A stretch of 64,000 nt of DNA. It comes from Diplonema japonicum. Taxonomy: Eukaryota; Protista; Euglenozoa: Diplonemea. Location of the stretch: positions 434,001 to 498,000 of the forward strand of contig OZ025655.1 in assembly GCA_964019335.1 (NCBI GenBank), read 5' to 3'. Position 1 is the first letter of the stretch. Each line of letters opens with the position of its first letter. A program made the position numbers and the translations under genes. Below the pieces are notes generated by a model that saw nothing but the letters and a program-made list of their open reading frames with translations, was not told the DNA's origin and did not search any database. Shown here piece by piece: positions 1-10,850 of this stretch.

Positions 1-2211
1 TTGCTCGACTTGTTCCAGTGCAGATGCGTCCCACGCCTTCATGACAGGGTCTTCTACATTCCCTCCTGCGAGTAAAGACCTCACGATCATCACCGATGAG
101 GCCGTCATGGGGCCCGCCGCCACAGCATGATGCCGCATGCACAGGTACATGTCATGAGTGAGTGCGTCGCTGCAGTCAGATTTGATTTTGCTGACTAGTT
201 CATAGACCTTATTTGTTATATCTGCCCGCTGCTGCTCTGAGACCTTCGGGACAAGGCGCTTCACTGTGTTGACTATAAACTCCGGCATCGGCTCAACACG
301 TTCAGATGTCAGCCCGATGAACTTTGACCTGTGGTCGATGCCCTGCTGCTGCGCCGTGTATGCTGTGATGAAGTCGGCCCGTATCTGCGGGAAGACTGTG
401 TTAAGGAACTTTGCAAACACGACCTCTTCAATCGTCTGCGACAAAGCAAGGGACAATCTACGCATGGTCAGGAGCTTCGCCAGTTGAAGAGACGCGTTCT
501 GTGTCACAGCTCTCAGCTCGGTGAGGTACCCTGAACCTGGCTGCAGAACTGCACTACTCGGCCCGTCACCTGGCATTACTTGAAACTCTGCGCAGCTGCA
601 AACGTCCAGCAGTCTGTCGCCCACTACACCTACCAGCACCACGTACCCGTTGTAGTTCATCAGATGTACAGTATTTTCAGCAGACTCTAAAATTGGACTA
701 AAGTGCCCGTCGTTCTTGCTGCGAACCAACTCTGCGGCCTTAGCCGTCGATGCTGCCAAGCTCGTGCTAAGCACAGCAACGCGTTTTGCAGGATTTACAT
801 CGCTGAAAGTGTCATCAAGTACCGCAAGCAAGCCGTGATCTTCCCACAACCCAGCCGTTGTCACATGCCCTATGGTTAACGGGACTCCAGCATCCCACAG
901 GTGCTGCAGCCTTGCCAGCAGCTGGGCTTCATCTGCCTTTGACCCCCAAGGCGACACCGAGAACAGCAAGGCTTCGGTAATGATGTCGCTCGGCGTCACC
1001 CCGTGCCGCCCTGCTGCGCCTTGCAGTCCTTTATACCCTTCCAAGCACTCTGCCAGGCTTCCATCTACCAGGTGCTTCTCGCACATCTTGTACGCCATGT
1101 CCGATACACGTTTGGCGCCCTCTACTGCCACACGGAAGGCTTCGTGATTATACCCGACAGTGTTTTTGAATCTGGGTAAACTGTTCCGGATGGTCCGTGT
1201 TGTCTGTGTCAGACACAGCAGCAAGTCGCCACGGGGGACTAGCTTGTCAGATTTGCTGATCTCGAGCTTCAACGCTTCCGTGAAGTCAGGCGGGTCGACA
1301 AGCCACCCAAGATGTACTTTTCGGATTTCCTTTTGGCGGGGGGAAGGTTTAGCATGTGGGACTTCAGACAGCGTGACAAGAGAGGATAGTTCAGCACAGA
1401 ATTCTGTGTTTGCGTTTTGGAGAAGCTCTTTCGGGAGGGGGGTAGGCTTTGGGGGGGTGTCGGGATCGGGGTCAAATATGAGGCTCGTGTGCTTGGGCGG
1501 AGGAGACGCTGGCTTCGTGCTCTGCGGGCTTTTACTCTTCGATGGCGAGCGTATGTCGCATATCGGTGACGCGAAGGGCCGTGCCGTCGCTGCGTGGGGC
1601 GTACCTTCTGATGACATTGTCAGGCTGCGCTCGATCCTCCCCATTTTGAGTGGCGGGATAGGTGCTGGGCAGGACGTGTTGGTCTCAGCACGGTGGTAGG
1701 ATTGTCTACGGTATACAGTTGCTGGGGAAGCCGAACGTTTCACGTTTATGACGCTTGTGGTTGCGGCCTTGTCGGGGAGACGTCTGGCAGCAGGAGAGAC
1801 GGTCACACTTCTAGAGTTTGCCTTGGGCACCGAGTCCACGACCCCTGCACTGTTCCGCCGAGTTCTGATTGTCTCGACTTGCCGTTTGCCAGTGCTACTA
1901 CGTGCTGTTCCACGTGTGGATATGGGTCTGTATGTGTTCTGTTTCGCGCCACCTGGGGAAAGGGACCTAACCCCTGGCATCACTTGCGTTGCTGTCGTTG
2001 CCGACCTTCCCATCCCGGATCCCGACACTGACCGCTGTGCGCTCGTACTCCGCAATGCAACACTCGGATGGTGCTTCTTCACTCTCGACGTCACTGCACC
2101 ATTGCCAGCCCCCTCGCCACCCACTCCTACTTTCTTCTTCACACCGCCCACGGCTTGTCGTCCTGTGCCCGTAGATTTCGCAGCACTTTTTGCAGGCATC
2201 GACGTGGGCAT
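1..2211 (-). CDS. Hypothetical protein (>=737 aa), runs off the left edge; S/T/R/P-rich disordered N-terminus then globular region
   Basis: Manual translation of the minus strand from ATG at 2211 (MPTSMPAKSAAK...) stays open to position 1. It is absent from the ORF track because there is no stop in the window. The plus-strand ORFs here are antisense shadows. Confidence 0.75.
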   Translation of the reverse strand, partial: MPTSMPAKSAAKSTGTGRQAVGGVKKKVGVGGEGAGNGAVTSRVKKHHPSVALRSTSAQRSVSGSGMGRSATTATQVMPGVRSLSPGGAKQNTYRPISTRGTARSSTGKRQVETIRTRRNSAGVVDSVPKANSRSVTVSPAARRLPDKAATTSVINVKRSASPATVYRRQSYHRAETNTSCPAPIPPLKMGRIERSLTMSSEGTPHAATARPFASPICDIRSPSKSKSPQSTKPASPPPKHTSLIFDPDPDTPPKPTPLPKELLQNANTEFCAELSSLVTLSEVPHAKPSPRQKEIRKVHLGWLVDPPDFTEALKLEISKSDKLVPRGDLLLCLTQTTRTIRNSLPRFKNTVGYNHEAFRVAVEGAKRVSDMAYKMCEKHLVDGSLAECLEGYKGLQGAAGRHGVTPSDIITEALLFSVSPWGSKADEAQLLARLQHLWDAGVPLTIGHVTTAGLWEDHGLLAVLDDTFSDVNPAKRVAVLSTSLAASTAKAAELVRSKNDGHFSPILESAENTVHLMNYNGYVVLVGVVGDRLLDVCSCAEFQVMPGDGPSSAVLQPGSGYLTELRAVTQNASLQLAKLLTMRRLSLALSQTIEEVVFAKFLNTVFPQIRADFITAYTAQQQGIDHRSKFIGLTSERVEPMPEFIVNTVKRLVPKVSEQQRADITNKVYELVSKIKSDCSDALTHDMYLCMRHHAVAAGPMTASSVMIVRSLLAGGNVEDPVMKAWDASALEQVEQ

Positions 2212-2350
2212 CTTGGACAGGGGGTTTCCCCCCTTGTCCCTTCACCGCCCTTTCTCGACTGTGAAGACATGATGTTCATGTTGGCGCATAGCAAGGAAGG
2301 ATATATACGTTAGAAACAAAGGAATCTAGAAAAAGAAAAGAAGGGGATTG

Positions 2351-3052
2351 TTATGAACTGCTGGAACTGGAACTGGAACTGGAACTGCTGTCACTGTCAC
2401 TGTCACTGCTATTGTTTTCTTCTTGCGGAATTGTCCACTCTGTGCGGTCGACGTTGTTGCTGATGAAGGAACATGGTTCGTAGGTGTCGTCATCGAAGCC
2501 TCCAGGGCAGGAGAAGAGCCCGGTTTTTCTGTCAAAGCGGAGGCGGCCAAGGGAGCAGGCGGGGCAGCGTGGGCAGGCGCCTAGGGTGCGGCCTTCTGCA
2601 ATTCGGTCTGCAAGTTCAGATTTGTTCCCAGTAGTCTTTTGGGCGTTGCTTTTGAGCTCTTCCTTCATAGCGATGGCGGGAAGGGATTGAAGAGACGATG
2701 CAAGCTTCTTGATCTTGGTGACGATGGCGGCCTTGAGAGGTTTTTCCTTGACGTCTTGGCTGCTCGGTTTGAAGCCCCCCTGGTCACCGTACTCATCACG
2801 GAGCTCTTCCAGCTTGTTGATGGTGCCGTTGTCGAGGTATTCCTGGATTTTGCTGGCACTGGCCTTGCCAACGCCTGTCAGCTTCCCTGCTTCTTTCCCA
2901 GACTTTATTTTGTCCTTCTGCTCTCCTAAAACTTTCGCAACTTTCTTATAAGCGTTGGCCGCCCATGTTCCTCCCGCCGCGCACTCTAGTTGTGCCAGCT
3001 CTAAAAACAGCACCACGAGGTCATCGTTGGGGCTCTTCTTTGCTTTCGGCAT
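2351..3052 (-). CDS. DNA polymerase beta-like 8-kDa (HhH, dRP-lyase) domain fused to a PADR1 (PARP1 Zn3)-like zinc finger; poly-Ser tail
   Basis: ANAYKKVAKVL...AGKLTGVGKASASKIQEYLDNGTINKLEEL matches the Pol beta N-terminal domain. KEELKSNAQKTTGNKSELADRIAEG...GACPRCPAC...FSCPG...EPC matches PADR1 (4 Cys). Confidence 0.8.
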   Translation of the reverse strand: MPKAKKSPNDDLVVLFLELAQLECAAGGTWAANAYKKVAKVLGEQKDKIKSGKEAGKLTGVGKASASKIQEYLDNGTINKLEELRDEYGDQGGFKPSSQDVKEKPLKAAIVTKIKKLASSLQSLPAIAMKEELKSNAQKTTGNKSELADRIAEGRTLGACPRCPACSLGRLRFDRKTGLFSCPGGFDDDTYEPCSFISNNVDRTEWTIPQEENNSSDSDSDSSSSSSSSSSSS

Positions 3053-3520
3053 TTTCTTTTCTTTCTTTTTTTAAAGTGCTTTTGTTGTTCTCTTTCTGTT
3101 AAGTGGAGCAAAATAAAGAAAGTAAAAAGAAAAACCGTACGAGCAAATTCTCTATTTTTTTAAAAATAAAAAAAAGAGTCGGTTTCTTTTTTTTTTTTAG
3201 TATTTTGTGTGTGTACACGGTACAAACCCTGAGATAAGTACTGCATGCCACCACTACTCTTTTTTCTGATCTTACAAGAAACAGAGCAGTTGTTAAGTAC
3301 AAAAGAGAGAAGCAACCGAGCTCTCATCCCTTATCTGCAAAGCTGGGAAAAGGAAGAGAATAGAACTATTCTGCACAAGTAGGCTGCACAAGGAGAAAAG
3401 CTCTCTGCGGACAAAGGGGGAAAGATATTGTTTCATGGGTCTCAACTTTCGAGCAATTTCTCGCCCACACAAACGGCTAGGTAGGGTGGACTGCGTTCTT
3501 GGAAAAGCATATAAAAAAAA

Positions 3521-4462
3521 GGGGGAAAACAACGTACGCGGTAACCAAATAACTTTTTTCCACCGTCGCCTTAAACCTCCAACTTTTTTTCCACCATCCA
3601 CGGTAACCACAACTTTTTTTCCACCGTTCACGGCAACCTACAACTTTTTTTCCACTTTTTACTGTAACCACCAACAATTTCCCTTATGCAACCACTAACT
3701 TTTTTTCCACCGTCCACGGTAACCTCCGACATTTTTATGCCATTGGGGTTTAGTACGAAATGTAGCGAGGGGGGCAAAACATGATGTCATTGCAAAAGAA
3801 AAGGAAAAGAGACCTTTTAAGAGAAATAGGTGACTACCCTGAAGGCTGGGACTACAACCGGGACAGCACTTCGAGGAGTGATTGTGGTTGTGGCGCAGCA
3901 GTTGAGTAATAAAGGTTCTTACAAGTTGCTGCATTTATTTCCCCTTCTCTCTCACTTCGCTTCCTCTTTGCTGGCCTGCCTATCTGTGACTTCGTGACAA
4001 CAGGGGGCTTGAGGTCATCCTTGGCATATTCACAGGCAGGGGAGCGAGGGGTGGAGAAGTACATCAGACGCCAGATACCTCGGCTTTGGCTTTAAATCGT
4101 CTTTGGAAATCGCCCTTGCCAACTTCCAGGAGAGATTCTTGGTGTCTTTTTCGAGCCCTGGCTGTGCCTACACGTTTTTCCCAAGTGCACACACACCTCC
4201 ACCGTGGACGTTGGAAAAACAGTTTTGGGTTACCGTGGACGGTGGAAAAAAAGTTCTTACTTACATGGTTTAGTGGAAATAAAAATAGGTTACCGTGGAG
4301 AGCGGAAAATTTTTACAAAAAACCATTTGAGTGGAAAAAGATTTGTAGGTTACCGTGGAGAGTGGAAAAAAAGTTGTGGGTTACCGTAAACAGTGGTGGA
4401 AATTCTGCTTACAGACTTGAGTGGAAAAAAGTTATTTGGTTACCATGTACGTTGTTATTCTC
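3521..4462. mobile_element. Non-autonomous Mutator (MULE)/foldback-like DNA transposon, ~940 bp
   Basis: Terminal inverted repeats: GGGAAAACAACGTACGCGGTAACCAAATAACTTTTTTCCAC versus the reverse complement of GTGGAAAAAAGTTATTTGGTTACCATGTACGTTGTTATTCTC. Inverted arrays of ~30-bp subrepeats (TTTTTTCCACCGTCCACGGTAACC), A-runs on both flanks, and an internal remnant KPPVV..GRPAKRKR / HNH..KCCP resembling a MULE transposase C-terminus. Confidence 0.7.
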
Positions 4463-5010
4463 AAAAAAAAAAAATAAAAAATAAAAAAGTTCGTCTGTGC
4501 ACAGCCGGGGTTAACCTGTAGAAGGATAGGGCCCAACAATGCCACCACTACTCTTTTTAAGCAATAAACAACATTATCAATATACTGCTTTCCTGTTCAT
4601 GCAAAAAGAGTCGGTTGATTGACGTTTGCGCACAGCCGGGGCGGGGGGTGGAAGAAGAGAAAGGAAAAAGCCACCTCTATTACTAAGAGGGAGAAACATA
4701 GATTCTTGTGTTAAAAAATAAATGGTTTTTTTTTTTTTTTTTTTTTTTCCAAGCAGTGCCACTTTCTTCTTCCATTTTCTTTTTTTTTTCGTTGAAAGAG
4801 AACATGCACGCTCGTGAACAAAGAGGGTTCTTTTTTTTTGAATACATCGCAGGAGCTGACCGCAGGGCCTAGAGAGATTAATGTATAGAGGGGAGAGAAA
4901 AAAAAAAAGCAAATCTCTTGACCTTCCCAGACCTTATTCAAAAATATCTTCTTTTTGTTTATTCAAGCTCATAAGTAAATATGAGTGACGTACGTATATA
5001 TTCCATTCTC

Positions 5011-5062
<52 letters not shown>

Positions 5063-5163
5063 GAATCAGATATAAAAACGCATTTGGTACTGCAAGCAAT
5101 ACGCAAAGGGGGAAGCAAAAAAAAAAAAGAGAAAAAAAAAGGAAAGAGACATTTTAAAAAAAG

Positions 5164-5200
5164 AATTCACTATGATCGGAAACGAAGTGGTTAGCAACGG
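5164..5200. repeat. 37-bp dispersed repeat, second copy at 36446-36482
   Basis: AATTCACTATGA(TC/CA)GGAAACGAAGTGGTTAGCAACGG, 35/37 identical. Confidence 0.9.
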
Positions 5201-5282
5201 CCCCACCAAAAAATAAAAATAAAATAAAACTGTTTCGAATCGCTTCAGAATATATGAAGGGTTAAAAAAAAAATAAAAAAAA

Positions 5283-6194
5283 TCAAACCTCAAATTCTAA
5301 ATTCCCGATTTCAAGCGGTGGCGGCTGCGAAGGGTCGTTTGTGGGCGACACTGTAGACCGCTCTTCAGGACTTACTAAAGGGAGCGCCAGTTCTTCCAAA
5401 CACGTTTTTGAAGAAGGCGCTCCAGAGGAAGGAGGAGGCTGCGTTGGCCGTGGCGGCTTCTTCTTCACCACCTGCTTCTCGTCTACCTGCTGCAAGGGAT
5501 TTTTAACGGCAACAATCTTCGGAGATTTCGGTTCTTTCCTCTCATATTCGAAATTCGAATAGTCGGTTGTATTTGAGGCAGCTGGTACGTTCTCGACCCT
5601 GTTGTGCAAAAACACACACCCGCACAATACCCACACCGACAGCAAGCCTACCGGAACCCAAAATGAAGGGCACTCTGAACAGAATCGTGAGGCGTGCTTG
5701 TCCCACAGGCGGACGGACATAATTTCAGCTGGGTCGAACCAACAAGAATACCTGCTACCGATGTGGGCAAATTTGTCTAGAAACTCCTGGACGACAGCCT
5801 CTTCCGACTCCCAAGTTTCGTCAAGGTGTGACCAAGCACGGGACTCAATAAGTTGCCCCTTAGCACGGTACTGGACGGTGACCCATGACCTGAACTCGTC
5901 GCGACACAGTTCGCCTTCGCATCCCTTCGGGTCCACTCCCCCTGCGTCCTCCTTCCGCTCACGCTCCTCGATATGGCTGGAGTACCCTACAACTTTACAT
6001 GTTGATGGTTCTGAAAGCCTCTGTGCCAGTTCCTTTATCTTCTTTTCCTCTTCATATTGCTCCACGGCACTTGAAGCCATCAGCCCTGCGCACGTCAAGG
6101 CCACCGTCATCCCCACCCCTATCACTAGCCTCACGGCCAACGGGCCCAAGCATAATACTCTGTCATCTTTCAGCGGTCGGAGGCGGTACACCAT
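5283..6194 (-). CDS. Two-TM membrane protein with Cys-containing loop, KCNMB (BK channel beta)/TipE/DUF3592-like; Pro-rich C-tail
   Basis: TM1 LVIGVGMTVALTCAGLM, loop with TCKVVGY...WVTVQY...YSCWFDP, TM2 FWVPVGLLSVWVLCGCVFL. Confidence 0.6.
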   Translation of the reverse strand: MVYRLRPLKDDRVLCLGPLAVRLVIGVGMTVALTCAGLMASSAVEQYEEEKKIKELAQRLSEPSTCKVVGYSSHIEERERKEDAGGVDPKGCEGELCRDEFRSWVTVQYRAKGQLIESRAWSHLDETWESEEAVVQEFLDKFAHIGSRYSCWFDPAEIMSVRLWDKHASRFCSECPSFWVPVGLLSVWVLCGCVFLHNRVENVPAASNTTDYSNFEYERKEPKSPKIVAVKNPLQQVDEKQVVKKKPPRPTQPPPSSGAPSSKTCLEELALPLVSPEERSTVSPTNDPSQPPPLEIGNLEFEV

Positions 6195-6442
6195 CTCATC
6201 TCTGTGAGGAAAAGGTGGGGGGAACAGGAAAAAGAGGGGAAAAACAAAAAAAGAAAATAAGTAACTGTATTCAAGAAATAAATAAAATAAAAATAGAAAA
6301 GAAGAGAAATTTGGTTCATTTTTTTCCCCATACTACTAATTTCTTTGCTTCGCACGTAGAACAGACACAAGGGGGGGGGGGGGGGGGGGGGGTGAAAGAA
6401 AGAGGAGAAAAGAAAGAGAAAAGGACAATGGAACCTTTTATC

Positions 6443-9400
6443 TTACCGTTGTTTTGCGTAAACGGACAGCTCGGCTCTCCCCAAAGTGAAGTCTGTTCCG
6501 ACAGGCCAGGATTCGTAGTTCACTTTGTCCTCTTCTTTGCACCCCCAGGGGCGGGTAGAGGCCCCTCCGTGAAAAACAGCTGGAGGCGCGTCATTGGAGA
6601 GCAGCGTGGGCTCAGGGGAATTGAACTCTGTGACGCGAGCGAGCTGCCCGTAGTTGTTCCTGCCGAAGGTGTAGATGTGGCCTTCTTTGGTGCCCACCAC
6701 TGTATGGTAGTCGCCAGCACTGATGGAGACAGGCTCGTCAGAGGCCCAAGCTGGCACTGTGTCGGTGATGAGAACAGGCGTTCGAAGGGCTTCTCTGTAT
6801 GACTCCGTGTGACCAAGCTGACCAAAGTAGTTCCATCCCCACACATACACCTTTCCGAGGTCCGAAATGGCCACACTGTGGTAGGCACCCCCTGCAATGC
6901 ATGTGATGGTCTCCACCAGAGGTCGTTCTGGGATATTCACCCGCCTTGGGGTTGGCTCCATCTGGCGCAGTGTGGGGACCCCCAGCTGGCCGTGGTTGTT
7001 CGCCCCCCATGAATATAGCCTCCCGGACACTGTCAGTGCCATTGAGTGTGACGATCCTGTGACGATCCCTGTCACGTAGTCCAGCACGCCATAGTTCGTC
7101 AGCTGCGTTGCAGGGATCATCACACACGACCCGTCTTGCAACCTCTGCTTGCAGTTCCCATCGTCATCTAGGTCCTCGAACATCACCTCCTTGTATTCCA
7201 CAGAGTCACTGCAGCCTGCAACCCCGTTGCAGGTGTGCCCCAGCTGCCCAAACGTGTTCGACCCCGCACTCCACAGCCCGCCGTCCAACATTCTGAACAT
7301 GCTGTGGCTTTCCCCAACTGAGTAGTGCGTTACATTCCCATTGGGGAGACCGAACTTGCAAGCCCCCTCAGCTTGGATCCACACGCACGGTCTGCCGTTG
7401 TTGCGGAGCTCATTGTCGCATTCTTTTTTCGATCCCTGTAAGGAAGAAAGCTTTAAAAAAAGACTGCTTCACAGCATACCACTTGGCACAGGGTTGTCGC
7501 GTCCAGGATGTCGTTGATCGAACAGGTCTCTTGCGACACGTCTTGGATCTTCGTGGAAGCATACCCTATCCTTCCCACAGCGACCCTGCAAAACATGTTA
7601 TGTCCCCAGTTCATACCTGCATTTGGGGTCAACACCATTCTGGCCTCGTGTGTAGTCCCACACGGCAGCCTCGGCGACCCAGAAGTCCCGCATGCCAGGT
7701 GCTGAGAAGTTCTCCCGATGCGGCCCCAGACTAAATTCAATCCCGTAGAACCCTGGTGTCATCCCGCGGACTTTGTACCCAAGAGTTCGCATCTCCGGTG
7801 TGAAGGTGAGAGTGATGCTAGATGTCGCAGGCTCTACGGGAAGGTGCGGGGCGGTGACCTGCACCACAGCAGGGGAGAAGGTGTGGTCTGTGTTTGATGG
7901 GCTGACTGCCGTGATGGTGATGTCAATGTTGTCGATGGGGGCTGTCTCCATCTGCACGTACTGCAAGGGGCTCCATTCTTCGTCTGCAAGTGTTGGAAGT
8001 GGAGTGGCATGGATCTCAATCCGTGTGAACACCTTCACAAGCCCCCACTGCTCCCTCACGTACTTTGCAACATCTGTGCCCCCTGTTGTCCACGTCACAT
8101 TGTACGTCCCTGTCTCTCCCCCTGTGCTGATCGTGAAGCCTTTCGAAGACTCCCCAGCAGCGTATGTCAGAACAGGCGGGTCGAACACCAACGACCCCGG
8201 GCCTGACACGGAAGGTGTTAACGTGACCCCACGCGTGGCAGGGAGCTCCAATGTCACATAGAGAACTGACGACGTGCTTTCGATGTACAAAAAGGGATAC
8301 TCCTGTGTGCTGGGGGGCGACACCTGCAAAAGGTTCAAAATAACCAGCTGCTGCTGTGGGGGGCGTGTGAAGTGGTTGAAGTCCGCTCCGCTCAAGTCGA
8401 AGATCATGTTCCACCTGGTGGTGGCGTCGTCGGCGACCACACCCGAAACAGTAAACGCAGAAGCCGACTCCCCTGGGGCGAACACCAATTCGTCTTCCCC
8501 ATATGTGAGGCCCAAGCCCGACAGTTTTAGGACCATTCCATTGACCACCTCCGTCCCTAAGTTGACGATGAAGGGCACAGGCTCGTTGTGGTACTGCGCA
8601 GGAGGAGCGCTTGGGATGAAGGAGATTCCGACATCGTCGTTCCTGCACGTCGCCCCATCCCACCAGCACCCGTCATCCCACAGCTCCACGCACGAAACCT
8701 TACTGCCCTTCCCACTGCACGCTGGTGACGGTCCTGTTACAGTGACGCTTTTGTCTGCCACAGGTAAGTAGTTCAGCGCGTTAGTACCGGAGTAAGTGAA
8801 CGACACAGTAACACCCGCCGCCAGAACAGTGCCTCTCACCCTGAAGGTCAGCACGGTGTCCGAAGGACCGAATGTTAGCTTCGACGGAGAGAACTCCAAC
8901 CCATCCCCAGCAGGCGTGATAACTAGCTCCACACGAGGGGCTACAGAGAGCCTGCACTCGAGCACAGGACTGTAGGCACCGCCGTAGATGCTGTCAATAG
9001 GATCGGTTATCATGCGCAGCACCGGGATATTGGGGATGGTGATCGTGTTCCTGTCGATAACCTCCAGAAAGTTGAACGCATTGGGGTCCACGAAGCCAGG
9101 GTTGTCGACACCTTTTTTATTGCCGTCTTCGGTATAAGTATAAGTGCTGCATGTCAAGTTGTACTCCCCTGTGGGGCCGTTGATGGTGAAGCCCGCTCCC
9201 GACTGCGCAGAAATCACAACCACGGCTGGATCGAAAGTGAGCCCAACAGGCTGGGAGACACATTGGAACCTTAAATCGAAGCCTTGGTAGTCTCTGTGCT
9301 GCGACTGCGGCGTGATCATAAAAAGCTCACTGTCGTTCTCTTCAAAGGGCGGCATCCCCGTGTAAGTCAGTGTTGTCACAACGGGCTCAAGGCATTTATG

Positions 9401-10243
9401 GTACCATTGTGGCTGGTTGGCGTACATGAGGGGTGAGTCAGAGCCGCCGAGGATGGTTTTGATAAGGTACTCACCGGGAGTGGTGCATGTGATGCGAACC
9501 TCTTGCGTTTGAACAAAAGTGGAGAAGGATAAGGTAGGCGGGGTGAATGTGATGCCCGATGTGCCGTTACTAAGATCATCGAAGGAGACCTCTAGGCCCA
9601 TGATGGGGCGGCTGAGAAGCTCGAACAGGAGTGGTTCGGAGAGAACATCGGGGTACTCACCCTTGGAGTACTCATACGATACCCATGTCCCCGAAGATTC
9701 GACAAGGTCAGCAAAATGTATCCTTGGCTGGATATCGATGGCGGTCGACCCTATCCTCTTGAACTTCTGCACATCCACCTCACTATTATTGTAAGGTGTT
9801 AATGTCCAGCGAACGTTGTCAATCCCAATAAGCACTCCGTACATTATGAAGGTAGCTGTCTTCGGTCCACCTGAGACAAAAGAGTACGTTGTTGGGGTGA
9901 AGACGGCAAGGGATGCAGCAGGTGTTACTGTGATCCCTTGGTATTCCTGTTGAGGGTCTGTGATCGAGACGGTGAAGTTCAAAGACAGCACCTCTGCCTT
10001 CTCCGGGTTAAAAAATACCGAGGGCAAGTACTCTGGGACCTGCACTTCTCCGTACACAAATAAGGTCTCTGTTTCTGTCCTTAGTGTCATCGTCTCTGTC
10101 ATGGTATGCGAGGCCGTAGCTGTCATCGTCTCTGTCGGTGTCCCCAACGTCTCGGTTAGGGTCAGCGTTTCTGTAGATGTGTTTTGAGGCATGACCCCTT
10201 GCAGTCCACACAGTACTGATACTGTTATTATTGCCGCCTTCAT
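6443..10243 (-). CDS. Large secreted/surface protein: signal peptide, Thr-rich stalk, repeated beta-sandwich (Calx-beta/Ig-like) units, Cys-rich PSI-like motifs, C-terminal RCC1/BLIP-II repeats; 2 introns
   Basis: ORFs 7598-10243, 7453-7740 and 6443-7384 join in frame via GTATG...AG introns 7586-7616 (31 nt) and 7436-7479 (44 nt). Repeated 'FxPxxLTFxxGExxxxFxVxG' units. RCC1 motifs GSSHSMALTVSGRLYSWGANNHGQLG, GAYHSVAISDLGKVYVWGWNYFGQLG. Confidence 0.8.
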
Positions 10244-10660
10244 ATTCCTCTCTTACTCCCTCCCCCCACCACCCCACCCCTTTTTTTCCACTCTTTGAAA
10301 TTTCTTTTTGTCATTTCAAGCTCGATTAAAAAAAAAAAAAAAAAAAACTAAAGATTGGGAGAATGAAAAAAGCCGTAACTTTTTTTTTTAAGTAGGGAGA
10401 CGGAAAGTATTGAAACGGTGGGCGGGGGGTAGAAGAAGTTTCTTTTTAAAAAAGCATTTCCCTGTTGTGCCATGTAAAACTTTTCAATTCTTCTATTTTT
10501 TTTTTTTGGTCGTTTTATTGTCGGGTCTTTCTATCCCCCTTACATGTATACAAGGGAAAGATGGAAAGAAATCGAAAGAAGGACACTCTTTCCTCATTCT
10601 TTTTTTCCTTTCTTCTGCTTTGAAAGTCGTGTAAATTTAAATCTTTAAAGAATACAGACC

Positions 10661-10680
10661 GCAATCATCAAGAGTCATTA

Positions 10681-10718
<38 letters not shown>

Positions 10719-10850
10719 GCGCGCATACTATGCAATTTCATCAGAGTCACTTCACTGAGCTCGCCTGCATCTGGAATCAGACGGAAGAGGCGCCAAAGGA
10801 ATTGCCGATTACATGCCGCACTGTGGGCACTTATGACTCTTGATGACTGC
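10661..10850. mobile_element. MITE-like element / foldback with 18-bp inverted ends
   Basis: GCAATCATCAAGAGTCAT (10661-10678) versus ATGACTCTTGATGACTGC (10833-10850), one mismatch. Confidence 0.5.

Noticed and set aside
1-2211. Retrotransposon gag/pol ORF
   Set aside because: No zinc knuckle, endonuclease or RT motifs in the translated part.
3545-4445. CRISPR-like array of ~30-bp repeats
   Set aside because: Repeats are contiguous and degenerate with no unique spacers, occur as two inverted blocks, and have no cas genes; eukaryotic context.
10700-10850. Box C/D snoRNA (TGATGA and CTGA present)
   Set aside because: Boxes are not in C-then-D order with a suitable spacing on either strand.
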